From Nemertoderma westbladi (Eukaryota > Animalia > Xenacoelomorpha): 64,000 bases of DNA. The DNA lies in the NCBI GenBank assembly GCA_032718475.1, contig JAUCBJ010000407.1, positions 44,884-108,883 on the forward strand. The letters are read 5' to 3'. Below are positions 48,203 to 60,843 of the stretch, piece by piece. Below the pieces are notes generated by a model, which worked only from the letters and a program-made list of their open reading frames with translations, was not told where the DNA came from and did no database searches. The stretch's first letter is position 1; each line of letters begins with the position of its first letter. The position numbers and the translations under genes are program-made.

Positions 48203-50145
48203 CACTGCCTCTCGACTTGTTCGTGTCGGTTAACAGGCTCTAAGCTGCCCTGATTGTCCTCCCCTTGCTAGACTTGCCTCCATGTGAACTGAGACAAACA
48301 ACTTGTCCACAAACAACAAACAACGTTAGATTTAATTCATACATTAACAATAAATTTATTTTATTTATTAATTTTAACACGCGGTATATATTATTATCTT
48401 ATAATGACTGCTTTATAACTCTGATACCGAAGGATACAGGATATGTCCTGGTATTCTAAGTACCTGCCAGTAGAGCCCCCCCCCCCCCCTCCCCTCTTCA
48501 AGTCTTCCCAATGAATTGACTCGAAATTTGAAACATGTCAATCATCATAAGTCCCAAAATATAAGAAAGTTGAGTATCTCCTTGAAAGTCATTCGCTAAT
48601 AATTATTGTTCGAGGACCTTCCTCAGCTGCCCTGTAGTTTGTGTTTAAATGTCCCGGTGGTGTACGAAAAATTTTCTAGACAACTTCAAACTATAATTAT
48701 TATGTTGTAATCATCTAATGAATTATAAAAGCTGTTGTGATTATAGAAGATAGAGAGCTGTTAGCAAAATGATTATTTTGTTCTATCTATTTCATCCATC
48801 GGATATTCAATACCGGAAATTCTAAGATAACATGGCTCTTCACGAATATCCTCTGTGATCATTGTATTGGGTCTACCATAGATATGTTCTCTTCTTATAA
48901 AATTTCGTCATGGGAATACGAGTTACCTAACTTATTGTCCCTAGCTGTGTCCAGTTATTCTACCAAACACTGTGGCAACAAAGTTAAGAAAACATGTAAT
49001 GATCTTATGTCTCACAAAGAGGAGTTTTTATCTATTTATTGTATTGATATTTTAAATAAATATAACTTAAACACTTTTGCACGACTATCAGTACTAAAAG
49101 AAATGTTAATGTGAGTAATTAATCTAACGAACTGTTTTATTTCGAATTTTACAATTATTGTATGTGATGCTCGTAATTTTAATTTATAATGCCAATTTCA
49201 TAATGTAAATGGTATGGTGCTTTTATCTGATATTGAATGGATATTATTATAGCACCGGGGCCATCCCGGATTTTAATATAATATACATCGTATAGAGTAT
49301 TGTTACTGACTACTCTATACTGAGCAAATTATTTTGTTTTCCTAAACAAAATTTACATTTTCTAAAATTTTTCTAACCGTTTAGAAATTTTTCACAGTGA
49401 ACATTTTGAAAAAAAAAACCTGAGTAGGCCTAGCTATGGTGCAATAGGTGGAGCATTGGAAAAGTTAGATACTGAATATAATAACTAAAACTACATTTCA
49501 TTTTCATTGTGGGAAAAGTTGTACTTTTCAGCGTTATGACCTGAGTATATAAACTATATATATTTTTAAGCGCACAGTTTCGAGTTAACAAAAATTATTA
49601 ACCCAGAAATAAAAGTGCTATAGGGCGGATGATGAACCACAGTATGTCTGTATAAATGGAAATAACGCATTTGGTATTTTTATTTTCTTGGGATTTATTA
49701 GAATTTTATATTTTCAATGGTTAACACATGACAAAATTAACAAAAGTAAACATTGATAAGTTAAAATAAATAATACAGTTTATCAGCACTGGATAAATTC
49801 AATAATAATAACGGGTAATAATAAAACACGCTAACTAAATAATGTTAAATCATTAAATTTACAAATAGGTTATAAAATTACACACATAATGGGCCACATA
49901 AGTAGTTAAGTAGCACTATTTATTAATAATTATAATTAATTATTATTGTCCTTGTTTCACACGCTTGTATAACCATCGCTACGCTCGGGCAATAAAAGCA
50001 CCGGCCGCCGTGTCATAAAGTGTTACTTCAATAATATTTACTATATATATATATTTACTGTTTATTAATAATTATAAACATTATTTCTTATTAATGCAAT
50101 TAACCAGTAAAAGACCCACAAATAATTACATTTCTGATTATATTT

Positions 50146-50805
50146 CTAGTGCTCTGTAACTGGGCGACTCTTTAACCACTCAGCTATTCTCGGGTTCCCT
50201 TTTATACCATCTCTTAACTTTGCGATATTCGGGTACGCCGAACCACCGCTTGCTTTCTCGATATCGCCATCGTAAAGGAAACCAGCGATAAACTCCAAAT
50301 TGTTGAACATCGAAAGATCAGCAGCAGATAAACCCGAATCTACGAAATATTCGCATTTTCCCTCTCCGAGAATTTCATTTATTTTCGCCAATGTTTCGGG
50401 GAAGGTTTTCTCTTTGAGGTTGGTCTTACCTTCAGCTTTCGCGGTTTCATCTGGGTTAATCAATACCTTCATCATGGCGTATTGCATATCTCTGATATAC
50501 TCTCTGTACATATCGACTTTTCCTTCTTCAAACTCATCCTTACCAAATAAACCGAACTTCCTCGCGATGTACCGCTCTATAGCATGAGTCTGGGCCAGCT
50601 TGAACTGCTGTCCGTCGGGTTTGGTGACGATTAAATAGGGTAACTGCCCGAATGGAGTCTCCCCACTTGCCTTTAACGTCGGCCAATCGGCTCTCTCGAT
50701 ACGCTTGTCTTCGAACGGTTGCCCGGCAGCCGATAGCAACAGCCTACTAACTTCCGCAGAACCCCGAGCATTGAAATACACCAACGTATATTTGTTTTCT
50801 GCCAT
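50146..50805 (-). CDS. Glutathione S-transferase, sigma-class-like
   Basis: YTLVYFNARGSAEVSRLLL, TPFGQLPYL, LAQTHAIERYIARKFGL, YFVDSGLSAADL, C-terminal WLKSRP. Confidence 0.93.
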   Translation of the reverse strand: MAENKYTLVYFNARGSAEVSRLLLSAAGQPFEDKRIERADWPTLKASGETPFGQLPYLIVTKPDGQQFKLAQTHAIERYIARKFGLFGKDEFEEGKVDMYREYIRDMQYAMMKVLINPDETAKAEGKTNLKEKTFPETLAKINEILGEGKCEYFVDSGLSAADLSMFNNLEFIAGFLYDGDIEKASGGSAYPNIAKLRDGIKGNPRIAEWLKSRPVTEH

Positions 50806-50846
50806 CTTAGATTTTATAACGTTTATAAATTACGAATGCCTAAATA

Positions 50847-53724
50847 CCGTCAACCTGTGTGACTATGATTCCACGGTTGACTATGATAATAAACTGGCTG
50901 ACTATGATAATGTGTATTCTGGTATTTTAAAAATCACCATACCTGCGGAATATATCTTTTCATCTCTAACTCTTAACTTTCTAAGGCTGTAAGGATACTG
51001 ATCTAGGGATGTATTAAAACATTTACTGTTGTAGGTGTAGCAGTGTAGGCCTGATACACTTACATACTTAGCCTATACGGTACATTACAGTAGGGGCCTA
51101 CGCCTACGGGCTGTCCGGTCTTTGTGTTTTATTAGGCATTTTCAATATAATATTGTATGTATTTTATTAGTAGATTAGTAGGCCTATTACTGTATTAGGG
51201 CAACTGACTTACATTCTACATACATTTTGTGTGTTATTGTTATAGTTTATACTCGGTACCGGTATCTAAGTATTGCTGCATTGGATTTTGTATAAAAATG
51301 AATCCACGATCTTCTTTACCTTCAGGGTCATCTCCACGATCTTCACGATACAAACGAAAACGTGGGAGTCGAAACTATCTGACAGGCTACTCTAAAGAGA
51401 CGTTAAACCTAGCTATTACAATGGTGGTTAGTGGAAAGATGAATGTTTACCAAGCTAAGAAACAATATGGTATTCCCTATGGAACATTGTATAAAAAAAC
51501 GCGACCATCATATAATCCATCAACTGCACGAAAACATGGAGGGCAACGGGTGTTGACAATCAACGAAGAATCGACAATTTTGAGTGTGATCATTAAGCTT
51601 TGTTCATGGAAAATACCATTAACAAAAATCGACATCCAACTATTAGTCCAGGATTATTTGGTGAAAGCGGATCGCACCACCCGTTTCAAGGATAACCTAC
51701 CAGGTGATGAATGGATGGCCAACTTCATGAAACGGCATAAACTGTCAAAACGTATATGTACCAATGTTAAACCTGCACGCGCTGAAATACATGCAAGCGA
51801 CATAGAGGAATTCTTTAAGCACTATGATGAAAGTGTCCCCCATGACATACAACCGAATGCAATTTTCAACTACGATGAAACTAACATTACGGATGATCCT
51901 GGTTCCAAGAATGTGATTGTTCGTAGGGGATTAAAAAGAGTTGAGACGAAAATGTCAAATTCTAAGTCTGCCACTAGCATCATGTTCTGCGGAAGTGCTA
52001 GTGGAGATTTCCTACCACCCATGGTTGTATTTAAAAGTGAAAATGTATACACGGAGTGGAGAAATGGTCCACCAGATGCTGCGTATGGGTGTTCTAAGTC
52101 TGGGTGGTTCGATTCTGAGTTGTTCAAGAGATGGTTTTTTGAGGTATTCCTTGATCGGGCGAAACAAATAGAAGGGAAAAAGATAATTATCGGTGATAAT
52201 CTTGGAAGCCATTTCTGCACTGAAGTATTGGATGCGTGTGCACAGCACAATATAGTGTTCATATCGCTGGTTCCAAACGCCAGCCACATACTTCAACCTC
52301 TGGATGTTGCTGTGTTTGGACCAGCGAAACGTGTTTGGCGAAAAATATTACTGAATTGGCGAAAAGAAACTAAATCTAAAAAGGCACTGCCAAAACCAGC
52401 AATAGCCCCATTACTGAGTCGTTTGTGCCTAAACATGGAGAATAACAAATCAAATCTTGTCTCAGGTTTCAGGTCATCCGGCATCTACCCTCGTGATACG
52501 GAACAAGTCTTAAAGAAAGTGTTACCTCCTCTAGAGGATGACGAGGCATCTGTGCGTGAACTGTTTGGTGAAGCAGTGGTGAATCTATTGAATGAGTATG
52601 TTGGGCCAGCAGAAACAACAACAAGAAAGAGAGGTAAGAAAATAGTACCAGGTAAAGCAGTATCTTCAGCTGATCTCATTGTTGATGATAAAAATACATG
52701 TGGAGAGTGCAAGAGAAAGTATACAAAGAAACATAAGAAACCGTGGGTTCAATGTGATAAGTGCGATAAATGGTTTTGTGGCATATGCATTAAGGAAGAT
52801 GAGTTTGATGAAGATAAAGATTGGTATTGCAACAAGTGTGCTTGTCGTAAAGCTGGAGCTATTCATAATCCTGAAAGTGACGTTGATGATATGTTCATTG
52901 ATATTGCTGATCCAGAAAGTGACGTTGATGATATGTTCATGGATACTGCTGATCCATATAGTGACAGCAGCGCCGATAACAGTGGAAATACGATTCCTGG
53001 TATTTATTCTCAACTTTTAAGTGAAGATATTATGGAGGGATGAGGTCATGTCATGCTATGCTAACTATTATCGGTATTTCAAACAAATTTAAAGTGAACT
53101 GAAATTTGTTGCTTTCTTAGCGAATTATTTTTAAAACTGTATAATAATTTGAAACGGTGCTAACACACTGTAAACTGTGTATTTTGATAATTTCATATTT
53201 TTAGTAGCCTAGTTCTTCAGTTTTGACTTTTGAGGCATTACAGACCTATGTACTGTACAGTATCCCTATAGTTGGATGGTTTTGACGATTCATTGTTGTA
53301 TGTAATATTCAGTTTTTATCATTATCATAGTCACCCAGAATGACTTGACGTGGTAGAACGTCTATAGCTCGCTTAGAATGCGGAATTAACCTGTTTGGAA
53401 GGTCTCAATTTATTGAGGGGATGTCAAAGCATTTTTTAAAACCTAAAAATATTATCATAGTCACCCCTTGGATGCACTGATAATGATTTTCACATAGAAC
53501 AAATTTGGATTATCATAGCCAGACGGTCTCTTGGTTGACTATGATAATTTTTTAAACATAAAAAAAACGCCACTGACATTTTCTCAGAGAAAATGTCAGT
53601 GGCGATTTGTATAATTGAATAGCCAAAGGGCATTTTTTACCCGGACCCATAGCATGGAACCCCAGCACAAAGTCAAGGCGTGTAAAAGAATGTCTAAAAT
53701 TATCATAGTCACACAGGACGACGG
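50847..53724 (+). mobile_element. Intact pogo-family (Tc1/mariner superfamily) DNA transposon
   Basis: TA duplication; 23-bp TIRs CCGTC(AA/GT)CCTGTGTGACTATGAT; multiple subterminal GACTATGAT repeats at both ends. Confidence 0.93.
51298..53043 (+). CDS. Pogo-type transposase: psq/CENP-B-like HTH + DD35D domain + PHD-like finger
   Basis: YGIPYGTL HTH, PGDEWMANFMKRH, NYDETN, IGDNLGSH, LQPLDVAVF (35 residues between the 2nd and 3rd Asp), C-terminal CGEC..WVQCDKCDKWFC..C..WYCNKC. Confidence 0.92.
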   Translation: MNPRSSLPSGSSPRSSRYKRKRGSRNYLTGYSKETLNLAITMVVSGKMNVYQAKKQYGIPYGTLYKKTRPSYNPSTARKHGGQRVLTINEESTILSVIIKLCSWKIPLTKIDIQLLVQDYLVKADRTTRFKDNLPGDEWMANFMKRHKLSKRICTNVKPARAEIHASDIEEFFKHYDESVPHDIQPNAIFNYDETNITDDPGSKNVIVRRGLKRVETKMSNSKSATSIMFCGSASGDFLPPMVVFKSENVYTEWRNGPPDAAYGCSKSGWFDSELFKRWFFEVFLDRAKQIEGKKIIIGDNLGSHFCTEVLDACAQHNIVFISLVPNASHILQPLDVAVFGPAKRVWRKILLNWRKETKSKKALPKPAIAPLLSRLCLNMENNKSNLVSGFRSSGIYPRDTEQVLKKVLPPLEDDEASVRELFGEAVVNLLNEYVGPAETTTRKRGKKIVPGKAVSSADLIVDDKNTCGECKRKYTKKHKKPWVQCDKCDKWFCGICIKEDEFDEDKDWYCNKCACRKAGAIHNPESDVDDMFIDIADPESDVDDMFMDTADPYSDSSADNSGNTIPGIYSQLLSEDIMEG

Positions 53725-56085
53725 TACTGAATTAACAACCGACAGACAGTGTGGTATTGTATACAATATGCAATAAGTCAGCTTGTAGTGTAGACACGTA
53801 GGTAGGTAGACGCGGTGCAGGAACGACAAGTGCCAGAGTGCAGAAACGAGTGCAAACAGTGGTAGAAATACGGTAACTTTTGGGTATAACTTTTCGCCGT
53901 ATTCGTATCCGTATCCGTATGCATTTGCCGTATCCGTATCATGCACATACGCGTATGTAATGGATTCCTATGGAGAATAATCCGTATGTGATTTTAAAGA
54001 TTAGGCATTGCGGACCAGTAAGAAGTGCACAGCACACATGTAGACTGAAGACAGGTAGGCCTACTTAATAGCGATATGATTTAAAGAGTGCGGCTGCCTC
54101 TTCCTAATGGCAAATAAACATTGTAGGTCCAGGATGAGTGACAGATGATGTCCTTCAGCCCCGGGATGCGCCACAGCGCTTGTTTTATTGTACTAACTGA
54201 CACCTGGCCGCCCGGTTGGACTTAGATTAATTACTGGCACCCGGTTGCACTCGCTGACACGTGGTTTGACTAACTAGCACTAGATTGGACTTGTTGGCAC
54301 TTGGCTACATATGGTTAACTAAATACTGGCCCCGAAACAGCGAAAGTAGAGTTAATAAATTCACAAAGAAGGACAGACTGACACGACGGTTTTCAATATC
54401 TGTGCGAATGTTTATTCCCTTAGCATTCTCATTGCTGCTTCTATCAGTCTATACTATGTTAGTGCCATATACTGTAGCAACCAACAATATTCTATAACCA
54501 GGTTGGCTGGTTGGTGGAAAAACAGTTCAAAAATAAATCACGGTTGGTTAGTAATCGTAACGGTTGGTTGGCTAACCAAAACAATCAACAAGAGTCAATA
54601 GCACAGGTTACAGCTTCATATTTATCGTTGTTTTGTTAGCTGTGTGGTTGTCAGCGTAGTGATTGCACCCGAGAATAATGTGGATTATCCGATGGCCTAT
54701 TACTATTACGAATTACAGAGGTAAAATTAATCTGTATAACAGTTAAGGTAAATCAAGTTATAACAGTTAAGGTGTTAGTCACTATGTATATATAGTGTAT
54801 GATTAGTCACTATGTATATATAGTGTATGATTAATGATGATTATCACAATCAGGTTAGTTGGCAAGAGGAATGATGTCTGCTAGCGTCGTGATTGGTTGG
54901 ATTAGCATTCGATGCGCAGTGATTGGTTTATTTTAGAGTAGAAGGATGCCGCTAATGATCGAGTATTTTGTTGTTATTCAATTTCATGAGGCCGCGAAAT
55001 TTTGTTCTAATAGGACGCCAGGATGTGAACTTTATTTTAAAATATAATAAACTTTGTTCTTAAAACTTCCCTCCAACTCCAATAAACCACATCAAACTAT
55101 TTACCGAAATATTTACCTATTACCGACCAGAGAACTATTTATAACGAACTTATATAATATACTAAAATGTGCGGAAATACTAAAACCCCCCTAAATTTTT
55201 CAAAAACAATAATTTTGTGCTAAAATCATCATAGAAGATAGCCTACATTTTTAGGTCCATTTTACCAAAGTCTTGGACCAAGAACTTAAATGCAGGGTAT
55301 TACAGATCCTTAAACATGAGCTAATTTACATAGAAATGCCACAAATTTATAGAATTTTTGAAAAAACCGACCTGCTCAAAAAGTGCCATATTTTTCGAAC
55401 AAAGAGTTTATGAAGCTAGCTATTTAATAGTATATATAAGATCACAGATAATTGTATTAAAGTTTCAGAATAGTAGCTTTATAAATAAAACAAATAGATT
55501 GGGGGTAATGGTCCCCCATTAATATATTAAAAATTAAAGCTTCAGAAGTTCTTCCAAAACCATTACACATTTTATAGCAAAGGTTTTATAGGCATAATAT
55601 GCCGTTTAGTAATGTTAAAGATTCTTGATGAAAACTATTTTTGCGAAGTACTTATTATTAAAGTACTTAGTACTTATTTGCACGCAGTAATCCGACGAAA
55701 ATACTTTATATTTCCTTCGCAACAATTTTCACAATTTCAGTTGTTTTTAGCAGCTTTTTCTTTTGAAAGGGTTTGCGGAAAAATATCAATTTTCGGGCCA
55801 TTTTTGGAAATTACTAAAATGTGCCTTAGGGCCATCTGAGGCTTAATCCGGCACTGGTTTAAAAACAAACAGATCATCACAAACATATATTCCACATGGC
55901 AGCTGCGCGTAGATAATTAGAAAACGTTTACTTAAACGATGCATAAAACTCGAGTTCTTATATTTAGTAGGAAATAAATATCAGTTTTGACTCATATTAA
56001 TTTTATTAATTCAGCACTAATATATTATAATAACAATCAACTACATAAGCCTATTATAATTAACTGTTATACTTAACAAAGTGTG

Positions 56086-56305
56086 GGGTAGGTGTAAAAC
56101 ACGAATCCGGATTCCAAAATTATCAATTAAGGGAAAGGAGCAGGTTACAGTGGCACGTTATTTTAACCAAAACAATAAACTAAAGTCAATAGAACAGGTT
56201 ATAGTTTTATTTTTGGGAGTTATAACAATGTAAAAAAAATCGACTTCCGTAGAGACAATGTTAAATGTAGAATCCGGATCCGGATCCGCGTTTTACTCTG
56301 ACGCC
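56086..56305. mobile_element. Small GG-terminal MITE with 8-bp TSD, containing a family A core fragment
   Basis: TSD AAAGTGTG (56078/56306); imperfect TIRs GG..GTAAAACRCGRATCCGGAT. Confidence 0.65.
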
Positions 56306-57375
56306 AAAGTGTGACCACAATGAAGCTAAAACTACTGCAAACCGGCGGGATATTAATTAATAAAGCTGATGACTCAACGAATACGACTAGTAAATGGATT
56401 TACATAAATAAATTAATTTCCCATTACCGTACAAAAATACAAAATTACTATTTGATTATGCACCAACCAGGTTATATACGAATACAACACAAGTTATTAT
56501 TTTACGAACCTATTGTAACAAACCGAAGACACAATAATACCCAGACCAAAGCCAAATATAGCAACGTAACTGAACTTAATCTTACGACGAATGTTTCGCC
56601 ACTTGAAGACTAAAGGTTATTGGAAAGTTGGATGGATATGGATTAATGGAATGAGATGTAACTTTAACAATATAACGAGAAAATTATATGAATTGAAAAT
56701 TCTAAAACGTTTTTTAAAAATATCGTGAATCTGAAAATTCCGTTTTCTTTCATCCAGAATTCCATATCCATCTATAATCCCCAAAGTCTTGACGCATTGA
56801 GTTTATAATCTAGAATTTCTATGATAATATCCCACTGCAACTGGTTATACCAGATATAAACGAGATAGGGCCCCCAATTCGTACTAAATTAATAGGATTA
56901 GCAGACATAACGCTCCAGCTATTAATAATTTATTGTAAATAATCAAAAGAACAGTTTTTAAGGTAAAATTCGAAGGGCAGTTTGTTAGTTCGTCAAAATT
57001 GTTAAATGAATGAACATCGATTTTATCGCCCCTTCCATGCTGCCTGTGAAGTGTTTGTACTGTAGACATAAATGTTTCCTGGGACTTGAACGGGACATTG
57101 GCAATATTTTAAAAATATGTGTTGCAAAGGAAAATATGATATAATAGCCAATCATATTCAATTTTTAATCTGTAATCGTAATTGTGTAATTAATTATATT
57201 AAAACTTAGTTAATTTCTAACATTTGCTATGATATAAAATTAAATTATAAGAGACCGAAAATTCTGGATACGAAATAATGTAATTTTATTGTAAAGGCTG
57301 TAATGCATCAATCAACCTGCCATCTACAGAACCTATCCAATCCCCACCAAATAAGGAACTAAAGAAACAATAAAC

Positions 57376-59121
57376 TCAATGCACTGGGTCACCTCTCCAA
57401 TCGTCCGCATTCATTCCCTCGGCTATAAAGGTTATAAGATCTATGCGAGTGGCGATCCCAAACACCGTCTGTTTCATCTCGACCTCCCCCGCGGCCCCGA
57501 ACTGCTTCTGTTGATGGACCACCAAGGCGAAGTGGTCGTGGTCCAATATACGGGACAGACTACCCAGCGTGCACTCCGTGTCTATCTGCTTGAACTGATT
57601 ATACAACGCGTCGGTGACTTGACTCTTCAAAGTCGCTTTCCCGGCGACTAAATTGGACATCAACCCCCCCAGCGTAACCATCCCTTGGACGATCCCTTGC
57701 TCGTCGACCACTGGGAGTTGATCGAAACCCCCGTCGTCTAGAATCTTAACAGCGACCTCTATAGTCGCGGTGCGGTTCACCGTGAAAGGAGTCGGCAGAT
57801 TAAGCGACAAAACCTTAAGTTTCCACCACCATTGGTCGTCGTACTTGGGATGTTGATCGACATCCATGAATCCTTGAGCGATCATCCAATCTTCCGAGAT
57901 AAACTTCGTCATGTAGTTCCGCACCGAGTCGGGAAGAATCACGACTATTCTTTTATCTTTACCTATTCCGAGGTCTTTAGCCGCTCGGATAGCTGTCCAC
58001 ATAGCGGAACCACTCGACCCCCCACAGAGCAACCCCTCCTCCTGGATCAACCGTCTGGCGTACTGGAAGGACTCGAGATCTTCGGTTTTATACCAAACAT
58101 CCACCACGTCTCTGTCTAACACGGTCGGGATGAAGTCGTAACCGACTCCCTCCACGTGGTAACTCGCCACGGTTGCGTTCAACTCCTCGGGGACGGCCAA
58201 TATCGAACCGACCGGGTCGTAGCAGACTATCTTGACCCCGGGGACTTTCTCCTTGAGTTTGCGCCCGATCCCGGTCACGGTGCCCCCGGTACCGGCGCCG
58301 ACCACGAGGTAATCGATCCGGCCGTCGCACTGCGCGAGAATCTCCTCCGCCGTGCCGTCGTAATGCGCCAACGGGTTCGCCGGGTTCCGGTACTGGTCCA
58401 GGATCACGGCTCCCGGGATCTCCGCTTGGAGGCGCTGCGCCACCCGGATGTGCGACTCGGGCGCGTCGTAACGGGCGTTAGTGGGCGTTCGGACAATCTC
58501 AGCGCCCAACGCCCGCAGAATGTAAACCTTCTCGTTGCTCATCTTTTCAGGCATTACGATGATGCATTTATATCCCTTAACAGCGGCGGCCAACGCCAAA
58601 CCTATTCCGGTGTTCCCAGAAGTCGGTTCAATAACCGTCGCCCCGGGTTTCAACGTGCCGTCACGCTCCGCATCCTCAACCATCCTCAACGCGATTCGAT
58701 CCTTAACCGAACCTCCGGCGTTAAAAAACTCGCATTTCGCGAGAATCTCGCACTCAACCCCTTCTTTCTTCCCGATTTTATTGATTCTAACCATCGGCAT
58801 CCTCCCAATGTTCCCCAAGACTGTGTCCATTATGGGCGGCGCAGCTCCGGCTGGGTGTCTCGTGTGCGGGCTCGACGATGGCGGCGCGTCCGCTCGCCAT
58901 GTACACGCGCTCGGTTTATTGGGGGGCGTGTACTCGGCCGATGAACCGCTGGAGGTTGTGCGCTTACGCGGCGAGTGTTTCATGGTGTATTCCGGTCTTC
59001 CCGCCGCGGATGAAGGTCGGGAACTCGCGCTGCTAGATCGTGAACCTGAAGAATTCGACACGGTCGTGCAGCTCGTAATCGGAGTAACTGCGTTCGACGA
59101 AGGTGTGACCTTATTGTCCAT
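57376..59121 (-). CDS. CBS: Cystathionine beta-synthase (heme- and PLP-dependent, with C-terminal CBS domains)
   Basis: Heme-ligand region [24 protein letters not shown] (PLP lysine), [26 protein letters not shown], Bateman module [17 protein letters not shown]. Confidence 0.97.
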   Translation of the reverse strand: MDNKVTPSSNAVTPITSCTTVSNSSGSRSSSASSRPSSAAGRPEYTMKHSPRKRTTSSGSSAEYTPPNKPSACTWRADAPPSSSPHTRHPAGAAPPIMDTVLGNIGRMPMVRINKIGKKEGVECEILAKCEFFNAGGSVKDRIALRMVEDAERDGTLKPGATVIEPTSGNTGIGLALAAAVKGYKCIIVMPEKMSNEKVYILRALGAEIVRTPTNARYDAPESHIRVAQRLQAEIPGAVILDQYRNPANPLAHYDGTAEEILAQCDGRIDYLVVGAGTGGTVTGIGRKLKEKVPGVKIVCYDPVGSILAVPEELNATVASYHVEGVGYDFIPTVLDRDVVDVWYKTEDLESFQYARRLIQEEGLLCGGSSGSAMWTAIRAAKDLGIGKDKRIVVILPDSVRNYMTKFISEDWMIAQGFMDVDQHPKYDDQWWWKLKVLSLNLPTPFTVNRTATIEVAVKILDDGGFDQLPVVDEQGIVQGMVTLGGLMSNLVAGKATLKSQVTDALYNQFKQIDTECTLGSLSRILDHDHFALVVHQQKQFGAAGEVEMKQTVFGIATRIDLITFIAEGMNADDWRGDPVH

Positions 59122-59490
59122 ATTTATGTATATTGGCTATTATTTTTAAATGTTTGCACTGCTGTAAGTTATATTGTTTGTGTCTAACCTTCGATTGTAA
59201 GTAGGGCATGCAATTAATTCGGATTCCACTTACTGCACTGCACTGTACTACAGTACTATACTAACTTATCTTGTACGACAACACAGCAACAGGCCTAGAC
59301 CAGTAGACTGTTCGTTGTTAGTTCAAAACTGAAATTAAGAAATACCACATTCTGACATTAGGCCTACAGCATTAATAACTACCGGTACGGTATTGAGATT
59401 ACTACCAACCTTGAAGTTGCCAAGGTAACAATAACAATTTAAGGTATGCTGTCTCCTGACTGTACTCTTCGCCTTGCGAGAAAAAGCAGC

Positions 59491-59752
59491 GGGGGTGGTT
59501 GGTTTTGCGGACGGTGGCGGTGGCGTCGTGGGTGGTAGCGTCGTGGGTTATGGAGGCGCTGATGTCACGGGTGGTAGCGGTGGCGTAGTGGGTGGTGGCG
59601 TCGTCGTGGGTGGAGGCGGTGGTGTAAGGGCTGGTGGCGGTGGCGTCGTGGGTTGTGGCGTCGTGGGTGGTGGAGGCGGTGGTGTCGCGGATGGTGGCGG
59701 TGGCGTCGCGTGTGGTGGCGGTGGCGTAAAGGATGGTGGCGCTAGAGGCGGG
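59491..59752. repeat. Degenerate GGTGGCGGTGGCGTCGTG low-complexity repeat
   Basis: G-rich trinucleotide-based repeats ~370 bp upstream of the CBS ATG. Confidence 0.75.
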
Positions 59753-59899
59753 GGAACCCGCCTCATTTTTTTTAAAAAAATAAATGAAAATTTGTTTCCT
59801 AAAATAAATCTAAATAATTATATCCACGTAAAGTAAGGGCAACGTTTTCTTTGGTTTTTAGGCCCGGTACCTGTACCGGTAGGCCTACCGGTATTAGTG

Positions 59900-60096
59900 T
59901 ATTACTCAAAAAGTAGGAAGACTTATTTCCAGTGCGGTCCCTCAAAAACTATACTCCCCAGAGGAAACACCAGGACTCATTTAGATACCGGTACCACTGT
60001 AAGAATGCAAGGCACTTTATCAAGTCCCTTTATATCATACGTGCCGAACCGAAAATTACCCTTCCCCCCATGCGGGGATCGCACCCACGACCTCTG
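59900..60096 (-). mobile_element. Second, 5'-truncated copy of the tRNA-derived SINE
   Basis: Reverse complement reads GAGGTCGTGGGTGCGATCCCC (B-box-like) and TAAATGAGTCCTGGTGTTTCC..GGGGAGTATAGTT..GGGACCGCACTGGAAATAAGTC, matching 4939-5112. Confidence 0.78.
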
Positions 60097-60625
60097 GAAA
60101 AGGGAAATTAACAACTACACATCAGAAGGTGGGATTGATATTATTGAATATAAAGTTTTTATAATTGTTTAGCCAGCCATTGAATAAGTCAATTTTTAGA
60201 AAAAAAAATTATGTATTACAAGGAATTAAAATAGTTTTATATCCCCTACGAGTTACGACTCATGGTGTATAATGAACCCCGCTCGCCTGCCCTCGAATAA
60301 CATATAATTAGACTAGACTGTAGAAAAATAAAACAGGTGTTCCCCATTACCTCCTTTAGTAAATATAATAGCCTGGTTCAGATAAAACCCATACAACAGC
60401 TGACAGGCTCACCTTCAAGCTATGCGGTAATATAACAAATTCTAGTAACTGCAGCTGTTAGAAAGTACAAGTTTATCTCTAACAGAGCCCGCAATTATCG
60501 ATATAACACAGGGTCTTCCTACACATAATAAAACATTAATATACACGTAATAAAATAATTTAGTAAGGCATGTCCGCTATACGGTCCGCTATACGGAGTT
60601 TAGGCTACAGTACAATCAATACACA

Positions 60626-60843
60626 CAGGGGGAAAACTGGACGCAAATCCAATCTCGGTGAAATAATATCATGTCTCAATGTAAATTCTCAATTTAGGGA
60701 AAGGAGCAGGATACAGTGGCACGTTATTTTAACCAAAACAATAAACTAAACACAATAGAACAGGTTACAGTTTTATTTTTGAGAGTAATCAGCTCGAATT
60801 TTACCTGGAGAGGGATGAATTTTTATTGCGTCGAAAGTCCCCC
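60626..60843. mobile_element. MITE family A copy
   Basis: CAGGGGGAAAACTGGACGCAAAT...TTGCGTCGAAAGTCCCCC with the family core. Confidence 0.72.

Noticed and set aside
58156-59149. Plus-strand ORFs of 262 and 204 aa
   Set aside because: Antisense shadows of the GC-rich CBS coding sequence
59474-59836. Gly/Val-rich and Pro/Thr-rich ORFs
   Set aside because: Low-complexity repeat translations; the plus-strand ORF has no ATG start
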